This document shows positions 24,161-33,202 of a stretch of 52,287 bases of DNA, piece by piece. The notes beneath the pieces were generated by a model. The model did no database searches. It was not told the origin of the DNA and saw only the letters and a program-made list of their open reading frames with translations. Where the stretch lies: NCBI GenBank assembly GCA_944320735.1, contig CALUIQ010000192.1:1-52287 (forward strand). Direction: 5' to 3'. Positions within the stretch are counted from its first letter, which is position 1. Every line of letters begins with the position of its first letter. Made by a program: the position numbers and the translations under genes. Origin of the DNA: an uncultured Bacteroides sp. GTDB taxonomy: Bacteria; Bacteroidota; Bacteroidia; Bacteroidales; Bacteroidaceae.

Positions 24161-24196
24161 TAGATGACACAAATGAGACAGATTTGCACAGATTAT
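24161..24196 (-). repeat. Dispersed repeat, TCATCTGTG family, inverted partial copy C
   Basis: Reverse complement reads ATAATCTGTGCAAATCTGTCTCATTTGTGTCATCTA, matching copies A and B. Confidence 0.88.
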
Positions 24197-24300
24197 ATTG
24201 AACCGCGTATGAAGTATATATTCGTGGGCTGATGCAGTATATATTAAATCGCTCATGAAGTATATCTTCTTTTTCGGAGGATATATACTGGCTGAATGCA

Positions 24301-24347
24301 GACACACGGAAAACCTTTCGCCTCTGTGCCTCCGTGTCTCTGTGTTT
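24301..24347. repeat. Partial ACACRGAG/CTCYGTGT element (mainly the right arm)
   Basis: CTCTGTGCCTCCGTGTCTCTGTGTT is identical to 22036-22060. Confidence 0.85.
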
Positions 24348-24361
24348 GATAAATAAATGCA

Positions 24362-24568
24362 ATGAAACAAGAAAGTGAAAATGAGATTGAATCGCGCAGC
24401 AAGGAAGTGCAGGAAATACTGACCCGGCCGCCTCATGCGTTGGTGCGTTGGGGCATCACGGTTTTCTTCAGCGTACTGGCGGTGGTGTTCATTGGTGGAT
24501 GCTTTTCCCGGAGTGTGACCGCACGCTTGCTGAGCCCATTGCGATACGTGTGGGAAAAGTATCTTTGA
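24362..24568 (+). pseudogene. HlyD-family membrane fusion protein remnant with an apparent large in-frame internal deletion
   Basis: RSKEVQEILTRPPHALVRWG plus a TM helix resembles the Bacteroidetes HlyD N-terminus; RSVTARLLSPLRYVWEKYL resembles the HlyD C-terminal tail; only 68 aa in total (recognised from memory). Confidence 0.72.
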
Positions 24569-24678
24569 TGAGGGCTTTAGGCGTATTTGACAAATTGTTA
24601 GAATCGGAAGAAAAAAGATGTGTCTTCATATTCAGATTCTCGACATTTTTTCAGATATTTGTGCAAAATCCAATCCCT

Positions 24679-25599
24679 ATGAAACCGATACGAAACTTTA
24701 CCCAGTTGACTGACCACTTGAAGAGTCTGAACCACCGGAAGCGCATCGCGGTGGTTTGCGCCAACGACCCTAATACCGAATATGCCATTGCCCGTGCCTT
24801 GGAGGAAGGCATTGCGGAGTTCTTGATGTTGGGCGACCCGGCCATCTTGCACAAATATCCCACTTTGCGACGCTACCCGGAGTATGTGAAGATTATCCCT
24901 ATCGACAATCCCGATGAGGCGGCTCGCGAAGCTGTCCGTATGGTGCGTGAGGGCGAGGCGGACATCTTGATGAAAGGCATCATTAATACGGACAACCTGT
25001 TGCATGCCGTGCTGGATAAGGAACGTGGCCTCCTGCCCCGTGGCAAGGTGCTGACCCATTTGGCCGTGATGCAGATACCTACGTACCACAAGTTGTTGTT
25101 CTTCTCCGATGCGGCGGTCATTCCCCGTCCCACTTTGCAACAACGCATCGAGATGATACAATACGCCATCCGCACGTGCCGTCATTTTGGCATCAGCCGT
25201 CCCCGCATCGCATTGATACATTGCACGGAGAAGGTCAGTGCCAAGTTCCCCCATTCCTTGGATTATGTGAACATCGTGGAGCTGGCCGAAGCGGGCGAGT
25301 TTTGCGACGTCATCATCGACGGCCCGTTGGACGTAAAGACCGCTTGCGAGAAAACCAGCGGAGAAATCAAGGGCATCGTTTCCCCCATCGACGGAGAAGC
25401 GGACGTACTCATCTTCCCCAACATCGAGTCGGGCAACGCCTTCTACAAAGCTATGACCGTCTTTGCCTATGCCGAGATGGCGGGCTTGTTGCAAGGACCG
25501 GTCTGTCCGGTTGTCTTGCCTTCGCGTAGCGATAGCGGCTTGTCTAAGTATTACAGTATGGCAATGGCTTGTCTCACCTCTAATAATCAGGAAGAATGA
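24679..25599 (+). CDS. ptb: Phosphate butyryltransferase / phosphate acyltransferase
   Basis: ADILMKG, SDAAV, DGPLD, ADVLIFPNIESGN, PVVLPSRSDS; overlaps buk; ATG at 24679. Confidence 0.9.
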   Translation: MKPIRNFTQLTDHLKSLNHRKRIAVVCANDPNTEYAIARALEEGIAEFLMLGDPAILHKYPTLRRYPEYVKIIPIDNPDEAAREAVRMVREGEADILMKGIINTDNLLHAVLDKERGLLPRGKVLTHLAVMQIPTYHKLLFFSDAAVIPRPTLQQRIEMIQYAIRTCRHFGISRPRIALIHCTEKVSAKFPHSLDYVNIVELAEAGEFCDVIIDGPLDVKTACEKTSGEIKGIVSPIDGEADVLIFPNIESGNAFYKAMTVFAYAEMAGLLQGPVCPVVLPSRSDSGLSKYYSMAMACLTSNNQEE

Positions 25600-26678
25600 A
25601 GATACTTGTAATCAATCCCGGCTCCACTTCCACCAAGATGGCGGTTTATGAAGACGAGCGTGCCATGCTTGTCAAAACCCTGCGTCATTCCGTAGATGAC
25701 CTGATGCATTATCCCCGCGTCATCGACCAGTTTGAGTTTCGTAAGAACTTGGTGCTTGACGAGTTGCAACGCGAGGGGATTCCTTTCCGTTTCGATGCCA
25801 TTATCGGGCGGGGTGGTTTGTTGAAGCCCATTCCCGGCGGTGTGTATGAGGTGAACGATGCGATGCTGGACGACATTATGCACGCCATGCGTACCCATGC
25901 CTGCAACTTGGGCTGCCTGATTGCTTCCGAGCTGGCGCACGCCTTGCCTGGTTGCCGTGCCTTCATAGCCGACCCCGGCGTGGTGGACGAATTGGACGAA
26001 GTGGCTCGCATCACTGGTTCCCCACTTATGCCGCGTATTGTCATCTGGCATGCGCTGAACCAACGTGCCATCGCCCGGCGCTATGCCGCTGAACAGACGG
26101 CCTTGCATCCTGAACGATCGGTACGCTACGAAGACCTGGACTTGATTGTATGTCATTTGGGTGGAGGTATTTCCGTAGGCACGCATCACAAGGGGCGTTG
26201 CATTGATGTCAACAATGCCTTGGACGGGGAAGGCCCTTTCTCGCCCGAACGAGCCGGGACATTGCCTGCGGGCGACTTGATAGACCTGTGTTTTTCGGGC
26301 AAGTTGTCACAGGCGGAGTTAAAGAAGCGTATCTCTGGCCGTGCCGGATTGGCCGCCCACTTGGGCACTACGGATGTGCGGGAAGTGGAGCAGCGCATCG
26401 CTGATGGAGATGAACGTGCCCGCTTGGTGCTGGACGCTATGATTTACCAGATAGCCAAAAGCGTGGGGGCGGCGTCGGTGGTGCTTTTCGGTCGTGTGGA
26501 CGCCATCTTGCTGACTGGAGGCATCGCGCATTCCGACTACATCGTTTCCCGTCTGCGCCAACGTGTTTCCTTCTTGGCTCCCGTCCATGTGTATCCCGGT
26601 GAGGATGAGTTGGAAGCTTTGGCATTGAATGCCTTAGGAGCCTTGCGGGGCGAGTTGCAAGTACTTACCTACCAATGA
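25596..26678 (+). CDS. buk: Butyrate kinase
   Basis: ILVINPGSTSTK, GRGGLL, HACNLG, HALNQRA, HLGGGISV, GEGPFSPERAG, YPGEDEL. Confidence 0.96.
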   Translation: MKILVINPGSTSTKMAVYEDERAMLVKTLRHSVDDLMHYPRVIDQFEFRKNLVLDELQREGIPFRFDAIIGRGGLLKPIPGGVYEVNDAMLDDIMHAMRTHACNLGCLIASELAHALPGCRAFIADPGVVDELDEVARITGSPLMPRIVIWHALNQRAIARRYAAEQTALHPERSVRYEDLDLIVCHLGGGISVGTHHKGRCIDVNNALDGEGPFSPERAGTLPAGDLIDLCFSGKLSQAELKKRISGRAGLAAHLGTTDVREVEQRIADGDERARLVLDAMIYQIAKSVGAASVVLFGRVDAILLTGGIAHSDYIVSRLRQRVSFLAPVHVYPGEDELEALALNALGALRGELQVLTYQ

Positions 26679-26737
26679 GAATGTGGCATTGCTTTAAAAA
26701 TAACATAAAGACTGAGAAACATTTCAACGGAAAGCAT

Positions 26738-26745
26738 TACCTTTG
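26738..26745 (+). promoter_or_regulatory. -7 box (TACCTTTG), probable promoter of the NtrC-type operon
   Basis: Exact TAnnTTTG match after the buk stop; the repeat element lies between it and the ATG at 27092. Confidence 0.55.
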
Positions 26746-26792
26746 TCCGGCACTCTATAAGTGTGCAAAATTAAATGATAATTTATCTGTTA

Positions 26793-27060
26793 AATTAAGA
26801 ATGATGAATGAAGAATTAAGAATGAAGAATAAAAAATTAGTTTAGTGAAGAAGGTTGCAGAACTCTCCTCCTTCCGGAAGGAGGAGTCCCCGTAGGGGGA
26901 GGTGGTAGGAGAAATATGCCGCGTAAGCGACTCCTATTCTTGTCATTATATTAAATAGGTCGAACCATCCTTTTCCTACCACCCCGCCCGTTGGGCACCC
27001 CTCCTTCCGGAAGGAGGGGAGTTGATTACTGTAATTCTTCATTCATCATTCTTCATTTAA
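26793..27060. repeat. Composite palindromic element: GAATGAA heptamer arms enclosing a REP-like dyad
   Basis: Outer arms AATTAAGAATGATGAATGAAGAATTAAGAATGAAGAAT and AATTCTTCATTCATCATTCTTCATT; perfect 22-bp palindromes at 26865-26886 and 26998-27019; GGTGGTAGGA (26901) pairs with TCCTACCACC (26974). Confidence 0.92.
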
Positions 27061-27091
27061 TAATTAAATTCCCATTTATAGTAAACTAAAT

Positions 27092-28447
27092 ATGATACTA
27101 ATTGTAGACGATGACAGTGCGGTACGTTCTTCGCTTAGCTTTATGTTGAAGCGAGCCAAGTATGAAGTAAAAACGGCGACGGGACCGCGGGAAGCCATAG
27201 ACATCGTGCGTGCCGAATCGCCCGCATTGATATTGATGGATATGAATTTCACCCTTTCTACTACGGGCGAGGAAGGACTTACCTTGTTGAAGCAGGTCAA
27301 GATATTCCGCCCGCATGTGCCTGTCATTCTGATGACGGCTTGGGGCAGCATTGAACTGGCTGTGCAGGGGATGCAGGCGGGTGCTTTTGATTTCATCACC
27401 AAACCTTGGAACAATGCGGCTCTGTTGCAGCGCATCGAGACGGCCTTGCAACTCTCATCTCCGGTTGGAGGGATAAGTGAGGAGGGGCGGGAGCTGAAGC
27501 GTGGCAACATCATAGGCCGGTCCAAAGGATTGATGGAGGTACTGAACACCGTGGGGCGTGTGGCTCGTACCAACGCTTCGGTGCTGATAACCGGTGAGAG
27601 CGGTACGGGTAAAGAACTGATAGCCGAAGCCATCCACATCAATAGCGAACGAGCCAAACAGCCTTTTGTGAAAGTCAACTTAGGAGGAATTTCACAAAGT
27701 CTTTTTGAAAGTGAGATGTTCGGGCATAAGAAAGGTGCTTTTACCGATGCCTCTTCCGACCGTGTGGGACGCTTTGAACTGGCCGATAAAGGAACGATTT
27801 TCTTGGATGAAATAGGCGACTTGAACTTTGCCTGCCAAGTGAAACTGCTTCGGGTGCTGCAAGACCAGACTTTTGAGGTGTTGGGCGATAGCCGGCCGCG
27901 CAAGGTGGATGTGCGAGTCGTGTCGGCTACGAATGCCGACTTGCGTAAGATGGTGGCCGAGCGTACTTTCCGTGAAGATTTGTTCTACCGCATCAATCTG
28001 ATAACCGTCAAATTGCCACCTTTGCGGGAGCGTCGGGAAGACATTCCTTTGTTGGTGCGCCATTTTGCCGATTTGCAAGCCCAGTTGAACAACTTGCCCC
28101 ATACGGATTTTTCAGCGGAAGCGATGGGCTACCTTTCCCGTCTGCCTTATCCGGGGAATATTCGTGAATTGAAGAATTTGGTGGAACGTACGGTGTTGGT
28201 CAGCGGGAAGCGTTTGCTCGATGTCTCAGATTTCGAGAGCCAATACCATCGGGAGGACGAGTCGGATAAGGCTGCCGAAGGTACTTCGTTGGCCGGCTTG
28301 ACATTGGACGAGATAGAACGGCGTACTATCTTGCAGACTTTGGACCAGTGTAAAGGAAATCTGAGCCAAGCGGCAGCTTCATTGGGCATCAGCCGGGCGG
28401 CTCTTTACCGCAGGTTGGAGAAATATGGTATTTCCGTAGGTGGATAA
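27092..28447 (+). CDS. Sigma-54-dependent response regulator (NtrC family)
   Basis: Receiver (IVDDD, MDMNF, KP), GESGTGKE, GAFTDA, FLDEIG, FREDLFYR, PGNIREL, Fis-type HTH. Confidence 0.95.
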   Translation: MILIVDDDSAVRSSLSFMLKRAKYEVKTATGPREAIDIVRAESPALILMDMNFTLSTTGEEGLTLLKQVKIFRPHVPVILMTAWGSIELAVQGMQAGAFDFITKPWNNAALLQRIETALQLSSPVGGISEEGRELKRGNIIGRSKGLMEVLNTVGRVARTNASVLITGESGTGKELIAEAIHINSERAKQPFVKVNLGGISQSLFESEMFGHKKGAFTDASSDRVGRFELADKGTIFLDEIGDLNFACQVKLLRVLQDQTFEVLGDSRPRKVDVRVVSATNADLRKMVAERTFREDLFYRINLITVKLPPLRERREDIPLLVRHFADLQAQLNNLPHTDFSAEAMGYLSRLPYPGNIRELKNLVERTVLVSGKRLLDVSDFESQYHREDESDKAAEGTSLAGLTLDEIERRTILQTLDQCKGNLSQAAASLGISRAALYRRLEKYGISVGG

Positions 28448-28466
28448 CTTTAAGAGGTAGAACCGG

Positions 28467-29780
28467 ATGAGTCTGAAAGCTTATTTTTACGTATGGGCCT
28501 TGCTGTTGACAGCTTTGGGGGTAGGGCTTTACTTCCTGCCGATGGGCGGGACGATTTACCATATCTATGTCCTTATGGCCTATATTTTCTGTGTCCTTAT
28601 CTATTTAATCGTGTTCTACCACAAAATCGTGAAACCTATGCATACCATCGGCAATGGCATGGAGCTGCTTCGCGAACAGGATTTCAGCAGCCGTCTGAGT
28701 CCTGTTGGGCAATATGAAGCCGACCGTATCGTCAACGTATTCAACCGTATGATGGATCAGTTGAAGCAAGAGCGGATTCGTTTGCGCGAGCAGAATATGT
28801 TTCTCGATTTGCTCATCAAGGCTTCGCCGATGGGGGTTGTTATCTTGGACCTCTCAGACTATGTGTCCCAACTGAACCCGATGGCCGTAAAGATGCTCGA
28901 TTTGCCGGAAGACCAGGTCGTGGGACGCCATTTGGAGGAAGTACGTTGTCCGTTGGCGCACGAATTGTCGCTCATAAAGCCTTACCAGACGTCGGTGGTG
29001 CGGCTCAATGATGCCAATATCTATAAATGTACCCGTTCCTCGTTTGTAGATTGTGGTTTCCCTCATCCCTTCTTCTTGATAGAACGTATGACGGACGAGT
29101 TGATGCGGGCCGAACGCAAGGCGTACGAGAAAGTGATTCGTATGATATCCCATGAGGTGAATAATACCACGGCCGGTATTACTTCCACGCTCGATACCGT
29201 TACCCAGGCGTTGTCCGATGAATCCGGTATGGAGGACATTTGTGAGGTGATGCGGGTGTGCATTGAACGGTGCTATTCTATGAGCCGGTTTATCACCCGC
29301 TTTGCCGATGTGGTGAAGATTCCCGAACCGAACTTGGTGGAGCGCAACCTGAATGAAGTGGTCATAAACTGCGTCCGCTTTATGGAAGGTATGTGCGAGG
29401 AGCAGGGCATCACGCTCCATTGGGCATACGATGCGGAGGTACGGAAAGTGAATCTGGACGAGTCGCTTTTTGAACAGGTCTTGGTGAATATCCTTAAAAA
29501 TGCGGTAGAAAGCATTGTGTCCAGGCATCAAGCCGGAGACGGTACTCCTGGTGAGATATGGGTACGTACACAGGCTCCTACCGAAGTTGAGGTTGCGGAC
29601 AATGGAGCGGGCATTAGTCCGGAAACCGAGTCGAAGCTTTTCAGTCCATTTTTCTCTACCAAGCCCAATGGGCAAGGCATCGGGTTGGTTTTCATTCGCG
29701 AAGTCCTGACCCGCCACAAATGCACTTTCTCTTTGCGTACCTACGAAGACGGGCTAACGCGCTTCCGCATCCGTTTTTAG
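28467..29780 (+). CDS. Sensor histidine kinase (2 TM, HAMP/PAS-like, HATPase)
   Basis: SHEVNNT H-box, NILKNA, DNGAGI, PFFSTK, GQGIGL. Confidence 0.93.
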   Translation: MSLKAYFYVWALLLTALGVGLYFLPMGGTIYHIYVLMAYIFCVLIYLIVFYHKIVKPMHTIGNGMELLREQDFSSRLSPVGQYEADRIVNVFNRMMDQLKQERIRLREQNMFLDLLIKASPMGVVILDLSDYVSQLNPMAVKMLDLPEDQVVGRHLEEVRCPLAHELSLIKPYQTSVVRLNDANIYKCTRSSFVDCGFPHPFFLIERMTDELMRAERKAYEKVIRMISHEVNNTTAGITSTLDTVTQALSDESGMEDICEVMRVCIERCYSMSRFITRFADVVKIPEPNLVERNLNEVVINCVRFMEGMCEEQGITLHWAYDAEVRKVNLDESLFEQVLVNILKNAVESIVSRHQAGDGTPGEIWVRTQAPTEVEVADNGAGISPETESKLFSPFFSTKPNGQGIGLVFIREVLTRHKCTFSLRTYEDGLTRFRIRF

Positions 29781-29829
29781 GGTAGTATTATAATCATTAT
29801 ATTAGTCATAACCATTAATAGTAGAGTCA

Positions 29830-31584
29830 TTGAACTTTGTTCCAGACACCAGCAACCGTGAGTTTCAGGATGCGTTGAATCTCGTAAAGTACACTCGCCA
29901 GTCTCTTTTCCTGACGGGGAAGGCCGGTACGGGCAAATCGACGTTCCTGCGTTACGTTACAGACAATATCAAGAAGAAGTACGTGGTATTGGCGCCTACG
30001 GGCATTGCCGCCATTAATGCCGGTGGCTCTACGTTGCACAGCTTTTTTAAGCTGCCTTTCCATCCTTTGTTGCCCGATGACCCTAACTTGAGTTTGCAGA
30101 AGGGACGCATACACGAATTCTTCAAGTATGCCAAGCCCCATCGTAAACTGTTGGAGAAGTTGGAACTGATTATCATTGACGAGATTTCGATGGTGCGGGC
30201 GGACATCATAGACACGGTAGACCGTATCTTGCGTGTCTATAGCCACAACTTGCGTGAACCTTTTGGAGGTAAACAGTTGCTGTTGGTGGGGGATGTCTTC
30301 CAGTTGGAGCCGGTGGTGAAGAGTGACGAACGGGAGATTCTCGCACGCTTTTATCCCAATCCGTATTTCTTCTCGGCGCGCGTGTTTGGGCAAATCGACT
30401 TAGTGTCTATTGAATTGAAGAAAGTGTACCGGCAGAGTGATCCGACGTTTATCAGTGTTCTTGACCACATACGTGGAGGGACGGCCGGGGCTGCTGATTT
30501 GCAGTTGCTTAACACACGCTATGGAGCGGTGGCATCTCCTACGGTAGAGAAAGACAAGGATATGTACATTACATTGGCCACACGGCGGGACAATGTGGAC
30601 TATATCAATGAACGACACTTGGCTGAACTTCCCGGAGAACCGGAAATCTTTCGCGGAGAGATACGGGGCGAATTCCCGGAAAGCAGTCTGCCCACCCAGC
30701 GGGAGTTGGTCCTGAAGCCCGGGGCACAAATCATCTTTATTAAGAATGATTACGATCGCAGGTGGGTGAACGGAACTATCGGTACGGTGAATGGCTTCGA
30801 TATGGATGGCAGCACCCTCTACATTACTAAGGATGACGGCCGTGAGTGCGATGTAAAAAGGGAATCGTGGCGCAACATTCGTTATACCTACAATGAGGAG
30901 AAAAAACAGGTGGAGGAAGAAGAGTTGGGGACGTTCACCCAGTTTCCCGTGCGGTTGGCTTGGGCCATTACGGTACACAAAAGTCAGGGATTGACTTTCA
31001 GCCGGGCAGTCATCGACTTCACGGGCGGAGTCTTTGCCGGTGGGCAGACTTATGTGGCACTGAGCCGCTGTACTTCGTTGGAGGGCATTCGTCTGAAGAA
31101 ACCCATTACCCGTGCTGACATCTTTGTCAGGCCGGAGATTACGGAATTTGCTACGCACTTTAACAACCAGCAGGCCATAGACCGTGCTATGAAGCAGGCG
31201 CAGGCGGATATGCTATATGCTGCAGCCGTCCGCGCTTTCGATAAGGGAGACTTTCAGACCTGCTTGGACGAGTTTTTTAAAGCCATACACGCTCGCTATG
31301 ACATAGAGAAGCCGTCTGCCCAGCGTCTCATCCGTCGTAAATTGGGTGTTGTCAACCGCTTGCGCCAGGAGAATATGGCCTTGAAAGCGGCTGCACTGGA
31401 GAAGGAGAAAATATTGGTGAAGTATGCGCGCGAATACATCACGATGGGAGATGAATGTCTGAAGCACGATATGAAGGAGGCTGCCATGCGTAATTATGAG
31501 AAGGCGGTGGCTCTCTGCCCTAAATTCAAGGAAGCGTGGAAGAAGATACGGAAATTGGATAAAGAACTGAGAAAAAAAGAATAG
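29830..31584 (+). CDS. PIF1/RecD-like SF1B helicase with C-terminal TPRs
   Basis: GKAGTGKS, APTGIAA, IDEISMV, GDVFQLEPV, AWAITVHKSQGLT, YVALSR; helical TPR-like tail; TTG start is uncertain. Confidence 0.9.
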   Translation: MNFVPDTSNREFQDALNLVKYTRQSLFLTGKAGTGKSTFLRYVTDNIKKKYVVLAPTGIAAINAGGSTLHSFFKLPFHPLLPDDPNLSLQKGRIHEFFKYAKPHRKLLEKLELIIIDEISMVRADIIDTVDRILRVYSHNLREPFGGKQLLLVGDVFQLEPVVKSDEREILARFYPNPYFFSARVFGQIDLVSIELKKVYRQSDPTFISVLDHIRGGTAGAADLQLLNTRYGAVASPTVEKDKDMYITLATRRDNVDYINERHLAELPGEPEIFRGEIRGEFPESSLPTQRELVLKPGAQIIFIKNDYDRRWVNGTIGTVNGFDMDGSTLYITKDDGRECDVKRESWRNIRYTYNEEKKQVEEEELGTFTQFPVRLAWAITVHKSQGLTFSRAVIDFTGGVFAGGQTYVALSRCTSLEGIRLKKPITRADIFVRPEITEFATHFNNQQAIDRAMKQAQADMLYAAAVRAFDKGDFQTCLDEFFKAIHARYDIEKPSAQRLIRRKLGVVNRLRQENMALKAAALEKEKILVKYAREYITMGDECLKHDMKEAAMRNYEKAVALCPKFKEAWKKIRKLDKELRKKE

Positions 31585-31590
31585 TTGCTT

Positions 31591-32205
31591 ATGTTACTGA
31601 AACTTTACAACAAGAACAACAACCCGGCCGACCTTAAGCAGGTGGTTGATATTCTGAACGATGGGGGAATCATCATTTACCCTACCGATACGAAGTACGC
31701 CATTGGTTGTCACGGTTTGAAGGAAAGAGCTATTGAGCGTATCTGCCAGTTGAAACGCATTGACCCTAAGAAGAACAACCTCTCTATCATCTGTTACGAC
31801 TTGAGCAGTATCAGTGAATACGCCAAGGTGGATAACCGCACTTTTAAATTGATGAAACGCAACTTGCCGGGACCTTTTACTTTCATCTTGAACGGAACTA
31901 CGCGGCTTCCCAAAATCTTTCGGAATCGTAAGGAAGTCGGTATTCGTATGCCTGACAATCCGATTATCCGAGAGATAGCACGCCTGCTCGATGCGCCAAT
32001 CCTAACAGCGACTTTGCCGCACGAAGAACACGAGGACATAGAATACTCCACTGACCCGGAATTGATAGACGAGAAGTTTGGTGATGTGGTTGATTTGGTG
32101 ATAGACGGAGGTATCGGGGGGACAGAAGGTTCCACCGTGGTAGATTGCACGCAAGACAATCTTGAAATCGTACGCCAAGGAGCGGGATGGCTGGACGAAG
32201 GATAA
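31591..32205 (+). CDS. Sua5/YciO/YrdC family protein (threonylcarbamoyl-AMP synthase fold)
   Basis: IYPTDTKYAIGC, LKR, LPGPFTFIL, VGIRMP, STVVD. Confidence 0.92.
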   Translation: MLLKLYNKNNNPADLKQVVDILNDGGIIIYPTDTKYAIGCHGLKERAIERICQLKRIDPKKNNLSIICYDLSSISEYAKVDNRTFKLMKRNLPGPFTFILNGTTRLPKIFRNRKEVGIRMPDNPIIREIARLLDAPILTATLPHEEHEDIEYSTDPELIDEKFGDVVDLVIDGGIGGTEGSTVVDCTQDNLEIVRQGAGWLDEG

Positions 32206-32211
32206 TGGAGA

Positions 32212-32300
32212 GAATTAAGAATGAAGAATGAAGAATTTTGGTCGTATGCTATTACGTCCTCTGAAATTCTTCATTCTTCATTTTTTCTTCTTCATTCTTC
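32212..32300. repeat. GAATGAA heptamer-armed hairpin between convergent genes (probable bidirectional terminator role)
   Basis: GAATTAAGAATGAAGAATGAAGAATT (32212-32237) against AATTCTTCATTCTTCATTTTTTCTTCTTCATTCTTC (32265-32300). Confidence 0.9.
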
Positions 32301-32301
32301 G

Positions 32302-33114
32302 TTATTTCAGTAATGAAGCGGGGTCAAGATGGTCGGCCTCGATGTCTTTGAAGTAACGGTAAGTACCTACCTTCAGTTCATCCGTAGCGGCGTCGTCGCA
32401 GATGATGATGCCTTTTTCATGCGTCTGCAAGGCACTGATGGTCCACATCTGCATTACGGGACCTTCTACGGCATGGTACAGGGCACGTGCCTTGTTGTGG
32501 CCGTTGACTATGATCATTACCTCTTTGGCACTAAGTACGGTACCTACACCTACGGTCAATGCAGTCTTGGGTACTTGGTTGACATCGTTGTTGAAGAAAC
32601 GAGAGTTGGCGATGATGGTATCCGTCGTCAATGTCTTTTGGCGGGTACGTGAAGCCAAGGAAGAACCCGGTTCGTTAAAAGCGATGTGTCCATCGGGACC
32701 TATGCCACCCATAAAGAGGTCGATGCCGCCGTAAGACTTGATTTTTTCCTCGTAGCGGGCGCATTCTTCTTCCAAGTTAGCGGCATTGCCGTTCAGGATG
32801 TTGGTGTTTTCGGGCTTGATGTCAATGTGGCTGAAGAAATTATTCCACATAAACGAATAGTAGCTTTCCGGATGTTCCTTGGGCAGACCCACATATTCAT
32901 CCATATTGAAAGTCACAACGTTTTGGAAAGAAATGACTCCCGCCTTGTTCAGGTCGATTAACTCCTTGTACATGCCCAGTGGTGATGAGCCTGTGGGGCA
33001 TCCCAATACAAAAGGTTTCTCAGGTGTCGGATTAGCGGCTTTAATCTTGGAGGCAACATAGTTGGCCGCCCATTTCGATACGGACTTATAGTCCGGTTGA
33101 ATAATAAGTCTCAT
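32302..33114 (-). CDS. nagB: Glucosamine-6-phosphate deaminase
   Basis: [36 protein letters not shown]. Confidence 0.97.
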   Translation of the reverse strand: MRLIIQPDYKSVSKWAANYVASKIKAANPTPEKPFVLGCPTGSSPLGMYKELIDLNKAGVISFQNVVTFNMDEYVGLPKEHPESYYSFMWNNFFSHIDIKPENTNILNGNAANLEEECARYEEKIKSYGGIDLFMGGIGPDGHIAFNEPGSSLASRTRQKTLTTDTIIANSRFFNNDVNQVPKTALTVGVGTVLSAKEVMIIVNGHNKARALYHAVEGPVMQMWTISALQTHEKGIIICDDAATDELKVGTYRYFKDIEADHLDPASLLK

Positions 33115-33202
33115 AGATTTACGATTTTAGTATTATTTGATGAATTACAACTCACAAAGTTACAAATTATAAATTATAACAAGCAATGTATTTCTTATTA
33201 TT

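Noticed and set aside
24059-24167. Tiny ORFs behind the -7 box at 24028 (MKKHEPTERST*, MNRLSEVRDKSDEENPARQPLQEVPQGAGLRR*)
   Set aside because: No recognisable similarity; it could be a gene remnant but cannot be supported from the sequence alone.
22112-24196. Classical IS element, given the inverted repeats around one ORF
   Set aside because: The ORF has no DDE, HUH or serine/tyrosine recombinase motifs and no target-site duplication is evident; it is kept only as a repeat-bounded cassette hypothesis.
24186-24300. Possible mini-CRISPR array
   Set aside because: The 23-bp period is far too short for repeat plus spacer, the units are degenerate, and there are no cas genes in the window.
24053-24436. 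Minus-strand ORFs sharing an NTETRRHR-like peptide with ORFs near 21890-22124 and 38543-38743
   Set aside because: The shared peptide is only the translation of the ACACRGAG DNA repeat, not a protein family.
24679-26678. ptb-buk as evidence of butyrate production
   Set aside because: The pair is common in Bacteroides and may act on branched-chain acyl-CoAs; no upstream butyryl-CoA pathway genes are in the window.
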